Part shown: positions 1 through 13,000 of the stretch, piece by piece
Layout: each line of letters begins with the position of its first letter
Position numbering within the stretch: the stretch's first letter is position 1
NCBI GenBank assembly: GCA_036172245.1
Contig: JAYWIR010000014.1
Coordinates: forward strand, 4,340,001-4,404,000
Length of the DNA: 64,000 nt
Source: Raillietiella orientalis
Taxonomy: Eukaryota
Direction of reading: 5' to 3'
The notes under the pieces: model-generated
What the model was told of the DNA's origin: nothing
The model's database searches: none
What the model saw: only the letters and a program-made list of their open reading frames with translations
Position numbers and translations under genes: made by a program

Positions 1-856
1 CAGTGGTGTTTTTTACGTTAATAGTCCGCTGCTGATTGTAAAGCCACAGATAAAGATTTCAAATCACAGAATACAGAAGATACCCTACTTAGCAGTCTTG
101 AGACACACGCGCAAAGAATAGCAAAGCAAAAGCATGCACTCGGTGAAAATGAAAACTTTGCTTTCCCGGGAACAGGACTGCTATGTGTTGATCTCCTGGA
201 ACTGAACAGTTTCGATTCAGGAACCCAGGATCAACTTGCCCTTTAAAGAGCGCATTATTCAGATGAGGAAAGCAAAATCCACAAAACAAACTGCCGATAC
301 TCATAATAGCATGCGAAAAAACCTTGAAATGTTGTTCAATTGAACGAACTACGTACATATCAATTCTTGTGAAACCGTTTCACACATGTTTTTTTTTTTT
401 TTCGTTAAGCCTAACAGTCCTGTACGCAGCAGAATGAGAACGAATTCTGATCCGAATCATGCAATGGGGATACCAAATTCTGTTTATGCAAAAAAGTTGC
501 GACTCCGCAATAAGCGCCACACAAATAGGACGACTTTCATTCCCGAATACTGAAAACAAGAAACAAAACAATCGGGAAAACGTGCAGCATTCCGCAAATT
601 ATTGCCTAAAGGGAACTTGCTTTTTTTTAAAGAAAAAACAAAAGAAAAACTGTGCTGATTCTATACTCTTGTGATTGATATCGAAGATAAGCAATCTGGA
701 TTTTATTTTAAATATTCCATTCCTTCTGCCTTTTATGCCTCTCCTTATCAATGTTTTACAATGACAAGCAGCGCTTAGCTATTATAATTCCTTTAGCGCC
801 TTTTCTGTGAGTCACCTAAAGATTTCATGTTCACTCTTTTTTAGCGAGGTACGATT

Positions 857-2100
857 CTATTTATTTGATGTGTTTTTTTTTTTGCTGAGGTGAATTCCAT
901 TTTTAAAAGCAGTGCGGAGTCGCAGGCTAACTTTTCTTGAATGACAACTGTATTTTGATGTCAGTTTGCCTCTTACATTAAGTAATGCACTTATCGTGTC
1001 TCCCAATAGTATCATTGACTCATCAAAAATAAAAGAGCATCTTGGAATTCCAGCGCAATAAACGCTCAGGATTGGAAGATCTGCATCCAGCGAATCTACT
1101 CCGAGGGTATTACTTGGATTCTTCATACTTGGATTCAGAACTCGCAATAGAACTCACCTATTCCTCCAGACATATCTTGCAACTTTTGTGTCTGTTGCCG
1201 TGGATAGATACTGCAACAGATGGAAATTGTATGAATATCTATCGATCTTTGAAGCATCAAAATTTGCCATGTTTTATTGAATCAAAGGTAACGATGGAGC
1301 AGTTAATCATTGTGATAAACATTAGAACGGACGGAGATATAAGCACTGAAGTTGTAGCCCATGAGATTGTCATAAACCAAAATGATAAGAAACTCATTTG
1401 AGAGCTTCCTCTTTCACACTCATTTATGGAAGTAATTCTAGCATTTCTTAAAAGGACAGTATGACCGGCATTCCTTATATATAAGTGGGTTTTCAAGTAT
1501 GGATTTTTCGAAATCCATACTTTTCGAAATGGTGTGCATGAAGTCCTAATTACTACTTGTGAATTATTCCTGGTCATCATTTGAAGACTAATGTAACGTG
1601 CCCGTTTATTCCATAGGAACAAATGTGTCCCCACACATAAGTTTCTGACCACATGTTCTTCTAGCTTTTGATAAAAGTTTCCAAGAGTCGATCGTGAATA
1701 TTTTTCGAACCAGAGCACCGATTCATGTAATGCTTCGACCCCATCAAGGTCATGCTTCAACATAGTCTTCGAAAACTTGTATAAATTTCAATCTTGATCT
1801 TTGTACGCATTGTTTCTGAGTTGATGATTGAGACCTAATTATAAAAACCATTGTAGTATGTCATACCAAGGTGTTGAAACCGGAGATTTAGATGTTTTTG
1901 CTACCTTAAAGACCTGCAGACATTCTCCTGCCTTTGACGATCCTAGAGACCTTCCAGTTAGTTAGTTTGAGCTTCCTCAAATGTTTTTTCCCAATCCCTG
2001 CGGAAGCTGGACTTTAGGATCTGAAGCTTCAAAAACGATGGCTTCGAGCTCTAACCGCTGCATGCCAACCTTTGCATTCTAGGTGCGTCAGCAGGTATGC
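857..2100 (-). mobile_element. Highly decayed Ty3/Gypsy-like pol remnant (RNase H/integrase-like), tentative
   Basis: Minus-strand fragments across stops and frameshifts resemble Gypsy motifs in the expected order: LELEAIVF (RNase H ELxAIVF), PFRKV/SMDF (integrase PFxxVSMDF), NAGHTVLL, VLIS...FIT, SIKH. Motif resemblance only; no intact ORF or LTR found. Confidence 0.3.
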
Positions 2101-5100
2101 GGTTTTCTTTAGTATTTCAGGAACACAAGGAGAAAGCATGTTAAATCCTCAAAACATGGTCTGACTTCATTACTTCAAATAAAAATTTCACAATTTACAA
2201 AAAAAAAAAAAAAACAAAAACAAACAAACCATCCCCTTCCTATGATTGGAACAATCCTACGAAAGAAATGAGGTCAGCATCATTTGGAAATACCAGCACT
2301 CGCACTATTTGGTAAAACTACTACTTCTGCAGTCAGAATCAGCATGAGTTTTCTTTTAGCGTTCTTGAACGGCTACCGTGTCCTCCGAAATACAGAGAGC
2401 CTCAAGTGTACCTTGAGAAGAGATACGGTTTTATGCAATCCGGTGAATCAGCAGGTTCTGATTAGGAACCCGACTAAAAGTAACAAAGCAGGACCGAAGC
2501 AAAACATGGAACAGCTGCATCTCCTGGAAAGGGACTTCACGTTTAGATTATACAACTTGTTGTGGTACTTTATCTCTCCTTTTTTATGTCTGGAGAGAGG
2601 GATTCGTATTGTGTATACAAGTCACTTTACCGAATCACCAAAGATTAGTTACCGATTTGGTTTCTCTGACCGCCTTATTGGGAATTCGGAAGTCTAGGCG
2701 GTTATCTCCCTATAAAACACAGCGTCCGTACATCTGCTTTCTTCCTTCTATGCTTCTGAGATCAGTTTCAAATCAGGTTGATACACTGAATTTCTTATTC
2801 ATATTTTGTGCTCTTGAATTGGGAAACTTAGCTATGTCTTTGCCTTGTCTTTGAAATGGCTGGTTTCAGTACTCGCTTTCGTTCCATTTCCTTCTTGAGC
2901 CTCATTTTATTTTCAACAGCTTCAATTTACGTATTGACCTTTGTAATACTCATTTTATATACTTGTTCATAATTTATATATTTCTATGCGTGAACATTAG
3001 GTCACTTATATTTCCATGACATTTTTTTCCTCTGAGAATTGCATATTATTCTTGAATATACTAGCGCATTAGTGATTACCCACTAAGAAATAGTGCTTGT
3101 AGATCTGGGTAACTGTACTGGATACTGTTCTATTTCAGTTCTAATTCGCTCTCGCTGTCTGATCTTCTTCACCAAATTCAACCGAACCAACCAGACCTAG
3201 TTTACTTGGATGAGGAAAAGAATGAATTAAAAATTATTCTCTTCATCTGAAAAGAAGCAAGTCAGATGGATCAAGAAAAAGAGGGAACCATGAACAATGA
3301 AAACCATGTGAATGAGGGACACTGGAAGCCATTGGTCGTCAATTTCACTGTGAAGCCGATTGCAGACAAAGCCGATTAAGAGTTTCAGGCTCTGTTCTTG
3401 TCTGAATTGATGTTGCACTTATACTGAAGTAAAGGGGAAGGGCGGAAGCGTTCTATCTGAGTTGTAGTGTCAGACTAGGGACATGATGCTGAGTTTTTAA
3501 AAAGGCACTTCTTTGAAATAAATGTTGCTAAGTATTTTCTCCTAGCTTGAAGTCTTAGTTGATGCTCTTTTTACATGAAACAACCTGTTCTTATTGAAGA
3601 AAACCACGTTTGTATATCCCCTTTTCATTTATTTTTATTATTTTTCACAAAGCACAATATTTTATGAGTACACTCCTGAAGGACAAAACTTGTAATATGT
3701 TAAGATTCAAATTTAACGGCTTTTAATTCACATCATTAAAAATATCCCCAAAAATATCTAAAACGGAAGGAATTGAAGCAATAATTAATTTATTTTGTTC
3801 ACTTATTTTTGCCACCTCCTACACATCTATCGGAGAGTAAGCAGGTGAGTAAAAATTTAGCAATTTTTTTTTGTTTCGAAATTGTTCGAATGATGTAAGC
3901 AGAATACGAGCTTGGAAATCAGTTCATAATGCTTATGAAATATAAGCGAAGAAATTCCTCAATAATTTGAATCTAATGCAGTTTCCCCAAGATACTTTGC
4001 AAAGGGGATTGCAATTTTAGCATATTAAAATTCAAAATGCAAAACAGTAATGAGGTATCATGAAAGATTATGCGAGCAATTTTTATCCTAAAGAAAATAT
4101 TCCAACTGGTAAGCTATTTGAAAAGCATTGGCACTGTCTACCCTGTGTTTACTTTCTTTACCTATTCATGCCGTCTTTGTTTCTCGATGCCATCACTGAA
4201 TTCTATGAAGACTACGTATTCTTTAATGCAATGTACTTTCAGAACTCTCGCTGAGTTTTTGAAGCATAAGAGTTATGCTTCAATCATGCATCCAATTTTA
4301 AAAATACACAGGCTAAATTTAAATAGAAATCGAAAATGATTATCTAAAAAAAGAGGAACTAAGAAGGATAGTGCAAATTACTGTTGCTACATTTTTCAAC
4401 GTTTCTGTTTTCGTGATGCTGAAAAACAAGAACACGCGGAATAAGTTGGTATCTCCAACCTTAAAAATGGGACTGTATCAAATTAAATAAGTTGGGACGG
4501 TTACTTAACAAATTAGACAAAAACTTATGAATACGAAGGTACTGATAGATGTACAGAATAAGGGGTGTTTTGTTGCTCAATATCCGATATTCGCACCACC
4601 AGTTATAAAAATGCAGTCCCCAAAGTTAAATTTGATAGTCACGCATTGGATTCTGTTTTTAAACAATTTTCTGCATGTTAATCAGATAATGAAACAAAAA
4701 TTGTACCAAGCAGAATTATGCTAGTAAAATGTTATTTTAGGCGCGGACTGAGTGTTGTAAGAATTCACGTTGCAGACGAAACGGGAACTTTTGAGCGAAT
4801 GAAAACTCCAGTGCATTCTTTTTTTGAAAAAAAAAAAAAAAAAAGTTACAAGATTTCATATGTGTAACATTTCCGTAGTCCTCTTTTAAATATTTCACTA
4901 ATTAACTATGTATTTGAATATTTCTCAAACTACGCATAGTTCAACATCCTTACAGCAGTTTCGGGAGTGAACACCATCAGTATTGAATAGTGTTTGACAC
5001 CGATGTTGATAAACAGTGAATGTGTTGATGCTTTTACGTACGGAATGGATTACACCAAAATTTGCATACTCTAATTTGTACTGTGTAATCAGCGTGTGCA

Positions 5101-5886
5101 GAGCGACTTAAGCCACACAATGACGTTTGCCGTCAGCTGGCATGTAGTATTTTACACAGCGCAGCCGATGGGTCGTTCAGCACACCAGAATTCAGTTCAA
5201 TGCCCCAGCAACCGTGTTGTAATTTGTTCTAAGCTGTTATACCGTCATTCACACATATAAGAACCCTGCATATGTCGAAAAATTTAGCAGTCAGCGACAA
5301 ATTCATATCACTGACTGCTAAATTTTCATATGGGAATAACACCAATCTGAATCAAAAGTAAATTATGCGACATTGTTAGGTTTTGCATTCCTAATGGTTG
5401 AGAATCCATTAATTAATAATAATTTCCTAGCTTATCAACATGCAAACTCTAAGTGCTTGTATATACCATTATTACACTTGATGCAGACCTTCACTGCAGT
5501 GATTTTGATAATGTTTGATCACCACTCAAAATGTAGAAGTCAACCAACTTTAATAAGAACTTAAACCAACTTATTAAAGTTGGTTAAAGTTCTGTATGCT
5601 TTAGGTAAAGAGGCTAATGCATCCTAGATTTTTAGGTTTTTCCTTAAAAGTCGAATAGTAGCCACTGTAAACAGATTCTTGCTGCACTTTGACAAAGTTC
5701 TGATGTTTGGTTATGGCTGTAACATATGCATTCCCAATTTTTAATCTTGAATGCCATAAATTTTTACAAGGTTTTTGTTTCAGAACCATGATCTCAGAAA
5801 TGAATTTATGGAGTAACAAGGAACATGTTTTATTAAACATTTTCTGTGTATAGATATGTCATTAAGGTGCAAAATTGATTTCCTTG

Positions 5887-6288
5887 ATGCTGCAACACAG
5901 ACCTACACCAACTCCATCAAGAGCTGTGTATGGATTTGTATTATATCTACTTTCTTTATGTGCAATAGTCATGTATTTTATTTGGGCATTTCTACCTACT
6001 GAATATTTGCATATGCTGCACATAATGTATATTCCCCAGAAGTACTGGGCAGTAGCTGTTCCAGCTTATGTTGGGTTCACCTTAGTTTTTTTTGTATTTA
6101 TTATATGCCCCTCTCTTACTCTTATTATGACACCACCATTTGATAGTATGCTCAATTTAAAAGATCAGTATACTGTAAAACTTAACGATGTAAAAACACT
6201 CAATACTGAAAGTAATATACCCCCAATGGCAGATTTAGCAATCTCTGAAGTTTCTGAAGTTCTGTATTTCAATAAAAAGTTAGCCTGA
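5887..6288 (+). CDS. PIGP: GPI-GlcNAc transferase subunit P (PIG-P), single coding exon, 133 aa
   Basis: ATG at 5887. MLQHRPTPTPSRAVYGFVLYLLS...YFIWAFLP..L..L.I.YIPQKYWAVAVP...IPPMADLAISEVSEVLY matches the PIG-P family pattern (P.P.RA.YGF, YxPQKYWA.A.P, IP...D..IS.V), with two hydrophobic segments. Confidence 0.95.
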   Translation: MLQHRPTPTPSRAVYGFVLYLLSLCAIVMYFIWAFLPTEYLHMLHIMYIPQKYWAVAVPAYVGFTLVFFVFIICPSLTLIMTPPFDSMLNLKDQYTVKLNDVKTLNTESNIPPMADLAISEVSEVLYFNKKLA

Positions 6289-9200
6289 TAAGAGCTTCTA
6301 TGTGTTATTTCCATTGCATACCCAACGATTGAAATATGTTTAATGCTTTGTGAATCATATAGTGCGTTATTGTGAGAACTTGCAATGGTTGTATCATTTT
6401 GATAAAAAAAAATATGATCACCATTGTATACAATGATCCATGAGGTCAGTTGCAGTAGGCTTAGGTGAGCAAGCACATTTTTCGAATATGTGTTCTCATT
6501 ATCTGCATGATGAAATTTAATAAGCGTCCTACTGCAACTACTGCCACATTTAAAACGAAGTTAGTGGGCATTTCTAATGCCTAAGTTTCAAATCCAGTGT
6601 TAGTTCCTATGAAAACTGGCCACACAACAAGGACGCTGGTAAAATAAAATTTCTTGTTTACGATGCCCTTTGCCAAACAAGTTTTTTTTTGTTTTTTCTT
6701 CTCTTTTAGCAAACTTCTATAAGAATTACACTGGATTTGGAATTTGGATATTCAATTTCATATAATGTGATGTCGGCGCAAGTTGTCAGCACCAATGAAA
6801 CAAAACCGGCGTTGGCGATTCAAACAGCTACCACCGTCTACTTGATGCGGAGGGAAAACACCATCTGCGAAAGAAAAAAGGTTTGAATCTTTGTGCACTC
6901 GAACCGAGCTTTCATGTAGCTACAGCCACCTCATCTGCAACAATTCGAGGTGACTCACTCACCTGCAAATTGCTCTGAAGTCTTTTCACACAATAATTCT
7001 TCTCTCCAGATTGACTAGATGTATACTTGACTATGGTATCTTCGTTTGCAATGCTATGCTCAACGAGTGACTGGAACAGCTGCAACATATGATTCCCAAA
7101 TGGCCGCAAAATAATAGAGTACAAAGTATTCTTGCATTAGAATATGGAAAAACAATTCACTTTTTTATGTCGAAAGACTGTCAAAGTCTGCAGCCGGTCA
7201 CCAACACTACTGTCCCTAGGCAATTCGCCAAACTTTAGGAAAATAATATGTAAATAGGGAATAAGCTCCAGCGTTTAGAGACTAGACACCACAAGTCGCT
7301 GCCTTTAATTTTGCTGGGAATTTCAGTTTCATGCAATATAATGTGAAGAACTTTCGAATTCGAGTGCAGCAAGTACCTTGTGATCGATAGTTTTCGTTTT
7401 GCTTGTTGACAGTTTTGGCAGCTTTGGTGTCTGTGCAGAAGTAGTAACTATTCAATTTTGAGAGTTTACTTTTGCCTTTTGGTAGCATCAGTTTGATCGT
7501 AGTTCGTTCAACGGAGTAAGCATTCTTTTATCGTAGATTTCGGTGGCAAAAAGGAAAAGTCTTAATGTTTGTAGCAAAAAACTCCAAATGTTTGCAATGC
7601 TATTCCTATTGCTATTAGACATTCTAGCATGAGTGTGGAAAAGCTAATGATATCTACATTAAAACTGTAATTATCAGCAGCCACTATATGATTTCTCTGC
7701 TGTAAAGGATGCGGAAGTGCTGGAACAGTTCTTCTACAGGGAAGGATATACACATGTTGAGACTAACATACAGCAAAGGAAACCTGGCTTGAAAATACTA
7801 AACTAGTGTGTTCAAATATACCAGTGAATTAATTAGCATAATAACAAAGTAACATGAAAAGCTTTTGAGCTTCCTCATTGTTTATCTTGAACTTTTGTGT
7901 TTCTTTTAAATCTGATTCCAGCATTTGCATTTTTGAAAGCTGTGCCTTCTGTGCTCCTTAATGTTCCAAGTTTTAACTTTTCTCCTTTTATTAATTGCGA
8001 AACAACTTAAAGCTCCCTTGTTACATTTTCTTGTTTCCGTTACTAATTACATCTTGAACTTCCATGGGTTCATTTCGCTATTATTGCACAATGACGATGA
8101 ATATGTCAAGGGGACAAGGCGCACTTTGTAGCAGCATCAATGCTAACAAGTTTTTAACTAATTATGGAAGCCTTAAAACCTATTACAAATAGATTCGCTT
8201 TGGCGTAAAAAAATGGTTCTCAGTGATCGAGAACTCAGCATAGCATTAAATTGCAAAGATCTTAGTACAGAACATTCACTTGAGTTTAGTGAATAATTCT
8301 CTCGTAAAATTATTCAAGCAGCTTATACGGATGAGCAGAAAACATCCACAAGAAATTTACCGATCATGCATGAACCTAGACTGATTTTGAAATGAAAGAC
8401 CAAAATGACAAATTCATAAGGAGAAACTTTATTATTAATTATGGGGTAAGTGGTGAAATGCTTGTGGTCCGTACATTTCACATCTCTTAAGAAGTCTATT
8501 AGCTGTCCTTGGGAAAAAACAAATCTTAAATCCAAACTCTCAAACTCCACAGTACATCTCTTGCGAGTTCCAGTTCTGCGAATAAGGACATATTCCTCAT
8601 GCAAAGACTTAATTCAGTAAACTAAAATACCCCAGAGTATGTCTTGAAGTTTTTTTCCTTAATGCGCGTGTATACAAATGTTAGGAACATGCTGCAACTG
8701 ATCAGGAAAATAAATCTGCTACTGATCAGGTGTTGTTCAAGGAAATACCAATCCTTTGTGGAAATGTAATAACTTCAAAGATATGCAGCAATTTCATTTC
8801 ATTGTTGTTTCTCTTTTTTAAAAAAAAGCAAATTAATGTTGTTGAATTACGAAGCGGAATTTGCGTTTCATTCATTGTATTAGCACAACTACCATTCACT
8901 GTAAATTATTCAGTATAGTAGTAATTCAAGGTTGAGCACTTTACAAATGATTCACTCTTTAAATCTAGTTATAAATATAAGAACAGAATAATTCTGCTGA
9001 AAATGCTAAATAATAGCAAGCAGAAGACTATTCCTAGGAAACTGTCAAAATTTAAAGAGTTACATATATAGTAAGTAATTGCATACATGAGTCGAAGGTT
9101 TCCAAAAAATGTTTTGAATCTTCAGGCTCTATTAATTATTAGTCATCTAAAAATTGCTGAGAATAGTACATACTACAGAGCAAGCGTTCGAGTGTACATT

Positions 9201-10036
9201 TCTGACATGCATTACAGACATAGACTCAGAGAATGAGAGAATTTCAATGCCAAGCTTATCTGTTCTATATAAAATCGTTCATTGCGTAGGTCCTCTAGCC
9301 TTTTGATTTCCTCCCCTATTTAGAAAACTTGCATGCAAAGTCTGTTGTAGGTCTACTGTTGATTGCACGTCTTTCAGACGTTTCTCTTCAAGATTTCTAA
9401 TTTTTTCCTGACGATTCTCTTTCAGTTTTGTGAAACTCAGGAAATACTTAAAAACTGCAAATTCTTCTTAAGTTTTTGGAACTTTTTATTAAAGTATTTA
9501 ATATTTTGCTAGATGGTTTGTATTTTTTTTAATATGCAGAATGGAAATCGTGTAACTTACACAATGTATAAACATTTGCTGAAGATTTCTCCCGTGCACC
9601 AAACTGGAATGATGCATAGACTGTATAAGTTTTATAAAATCTATTATATAAAATGATGAAGTTGCAGTGAAGACATATTGGAGTAATAAATGAAATTGAT
9701 TTTTCTGTAAAATTGCCGTTTTTACTTTATCAGACAAAAGTTGTGCTGAAGATGCTTATTGAAGTATGTTATTAGTATTGTTTCAATGATAAAACGACAT
9801 AAGAGTGTATGCTTCATTTTTTTATTTTGATATTTTAATATTTGAGGAAACAAATACATTATTCTTTGGAAAAAAAAAAACAATAATTATACATTTTGTG
9901 TTTATATGTAGGTTGTTTGCTCGGAATAAGAAAACTAATATTCACTGTTAGTTTTAGATAATTTTTTCGTTCACTTTCTGTGAAGACATATTTCCTTGTA
10001 ATGATGTGATAATTTAAGTTGAAACCACATTCAAAC

Positions 10037-13000
10037 ATGAATGATTGCCCCAAAGAACCCGGTTTTGAAAATCAGAAACTTACAGAAAAGTCAAAAGTTC
10101 TCTCACGAAAGTTGAAAAGCTGTTTACAAGCAAGTGGGTCGAATCATAGAAAAAATGTGTATTTCCCCGAGGACTCTCTGTTATCAAAGTATTTTGAGCA
10201 TACCAATCCTTGGAAAAATGGTAATTTTTCTCCATATTCTTTTATATTTAATTTGAAATTATAATTTTCGTGTATTATTTGAGATTTCACCCTAGAAGTA
10301 TTTCTGTTTATTAGATGTGAATAAAGCTTCGTTTAGTCAAAGCTCTTAGAAATCAACTGGGTATATGTTATTATTTTCGTCCTGTTCAGAATTCGGCCCT
10401 GTAAAATTTAGGGACTTTCTATATACTAAGCAAAGTTGTACACCTAGATGTAGCTTACCTGCCATAATCTGTGTAACTTGTTTTGTTATATGGGATTAAT
10501 AAGTTAAGAGCTTTCAGATTTGTCATGAGTGAGAGGATGCATCGCTTAGAATGAATTGTACCCACATGTCTGCCCTGAAATACTAATATTTTGCTTCTTA
10601 TTCTTTTTCTCCAGAAATTTTTTTAAAACAATGAAAGTTTTTAATGCTTCAAAGGAAAAGGTATTCCAGAGTTATATTTGTTCTAAGTCAGGGTAACATA
10701 AGGATAAACATAACATAGGGCCCTAAAAAATTCAGTAATAATATGAAAGCTCAAGTGACAAGTGATGAACACAATAATTTTGTTCACAAAAGTGTATTTA
10801 TCTTTATTGATTCAGTTTTATTTGATTATAAAGTGAATTTGAAGATAAATGAAGAAACCAAAATGGAAAATTGAAATAATGGAAAGGAAAAAATTAAAAT
10901 CAATCAATAGAAATTGATCAGTAAGTGACTGTAAAAGTTAAAGATAATTATTCAATAGTTTCTTAGGGAGCTGGACTTTTGAATGTGACCTACTTTTTAT
11001 TGGAGTTCAGTTGGATCATGAGTTTCCAATAATCTAGGTGTTCTGTAATGAACATGCTTTCAATAATGTAAGGGTTTATACAGGATTGCTGTCAGAGTGA
11101 CCAACAATTTTCTTGTTTTTGTAGTCAGCCTTCTGTCCATATCCTTTAGCTCATTTTTGATCTGCAGATATGAGATTATATGGTGCTAGCAGAGCTATTC
11201 ATTACTTGAAGTTAGCTGTATCTAAATATACTGCATCTTACAAAAAATTTCATCTCAAGTTGTAAAATTCTCATAAAACTCAAAATTCTTTAGTTTGGGA
11301 ATCATTTAGGACTCCACTTGGACTTTTTTATATGTATACATTTCATGTTTTGAGTTTCTGTTTTCTTTTATTGGTAATGTATGTTCAAAGTTACCCTAAA
11401 GTTATGTTGAATTAGGTGTCCAAAATATTGCCTCAATTACAACTTGTAATTGAGAAACCTAAAAAAGGTTTGTTTATACCTTACAATTTGTAAGTATAAA
11501 CTTAGTATTTATAAATCCCACTTGAAGATAGTGTTACTTATGAATATAATGCAGTACTAAACTTTATCAATGCAGTTAATTAACTCTGTAGCATTTTTGG
11601 AGCACTACTCTTTTTCAAAGGAAGCAGATATAAAGTTTGAATGACAGCAAAAATGTAGAGAAGGTGAGATTAGATTCTCTCTCAAATCAAGGGATATAAA
11701 ATTACTAGTTCTTACTAGGAATTTTATATCCCTTGATTTCAGAAAGATAACTATCAACTCCATATAAGTATATTAGTTGCATATCAGGACATGTATGCTA
11801 AGATGAAGTAATGGATTCTTACAGATACTTACAGACCTTAGGATAAAAATTATTTGAGCACATACAAGGGACAATGTGAAGATTCTCAAATTGAAGAATA
11901 CAGATAAAGGGTTGAAAAACGTGATTCTTCATAAAAAGACCTGTATATTTTCGAGGCAGAACCCCTAAAAAAATTAGCCATGCTGAAACTATTACAAAAT
12001 CACAATAAAATTCTTTTATTTGGAAAAATTGTTGCATAGGTTAAGATGATATCTTTATTTTGCTTTTAAGCCTAAATTAATAATTTGTGAATTGAAATTA
12101 ACCCATGTTGTAACAAATAATTCTTTGTAAATGCTACTTTAAGTAAGCTTGAAAATGAACAAATAGGATTTGGCAAAAGTGATGGTTAGACCACCTTACT
12201 GTGATTTTCATTTTATGCATTACCTGGTTGAGATTAAGTCAAAAATGCGATGTTCAGTTAGGGGATGGTGAAACTATCTTAGTGCCCAATATTAAATTAT
12301 TAAAAGGCATATACAATCAAAATCTGCCAAGCATGAAAAAATGACTACATTTTTCTTGGTTACAATGCCAGCATATTGAGTATATCCATAAATATCCTCA
12401 ATCTTTTTGTCCTATATGAATCAGGAATCCTAATTCCAAAATTAGTAAAAATTGGTCTCTTAGTATTTGAAGATTAGGGATGACAATGTTGTGAAATTTA
12501 CACAAATATTACATTCAAGTTGAAGTTCATCATGAAAATTAAATTGCATCTTTATTAACTTTACTTCAGTTTACACCAACTGCATCTATCTTGACTGAAA
12601 CAACTTCATTGAGTTTTCCTAGGAAGAATCATATGACATTCTAATATAGGCTTCCGCCCTGTGTGAAAATCTTGGTTTCGTTTCTTAAGGAACAAAACAG
12701 TGGTTCCTCTCAATATGTGGAGATTTGGTATGGAAAAAAAATAGAACTTGGGTTTGTAAAATAATCTATTTGCAAGCTGTATCAGAAGTTTAAACCTGGA
12801 CAGCTTCAAAAGTTGAACAAGATAATAGTACCCATAATTTTATTGTTTATTTGTTAATAAATGTAAGCAGTGTAAGTATTTTGTAATTAAGCATCAAATC
12901 TTCACAATCAGAGCAATGAAATCCAAAAAGTAAGCAGTGCTTATGTAATAATAAGTTGACTAATAAGTACTGCATGTTTAAAAAGTAAATTTTTTGTTGA

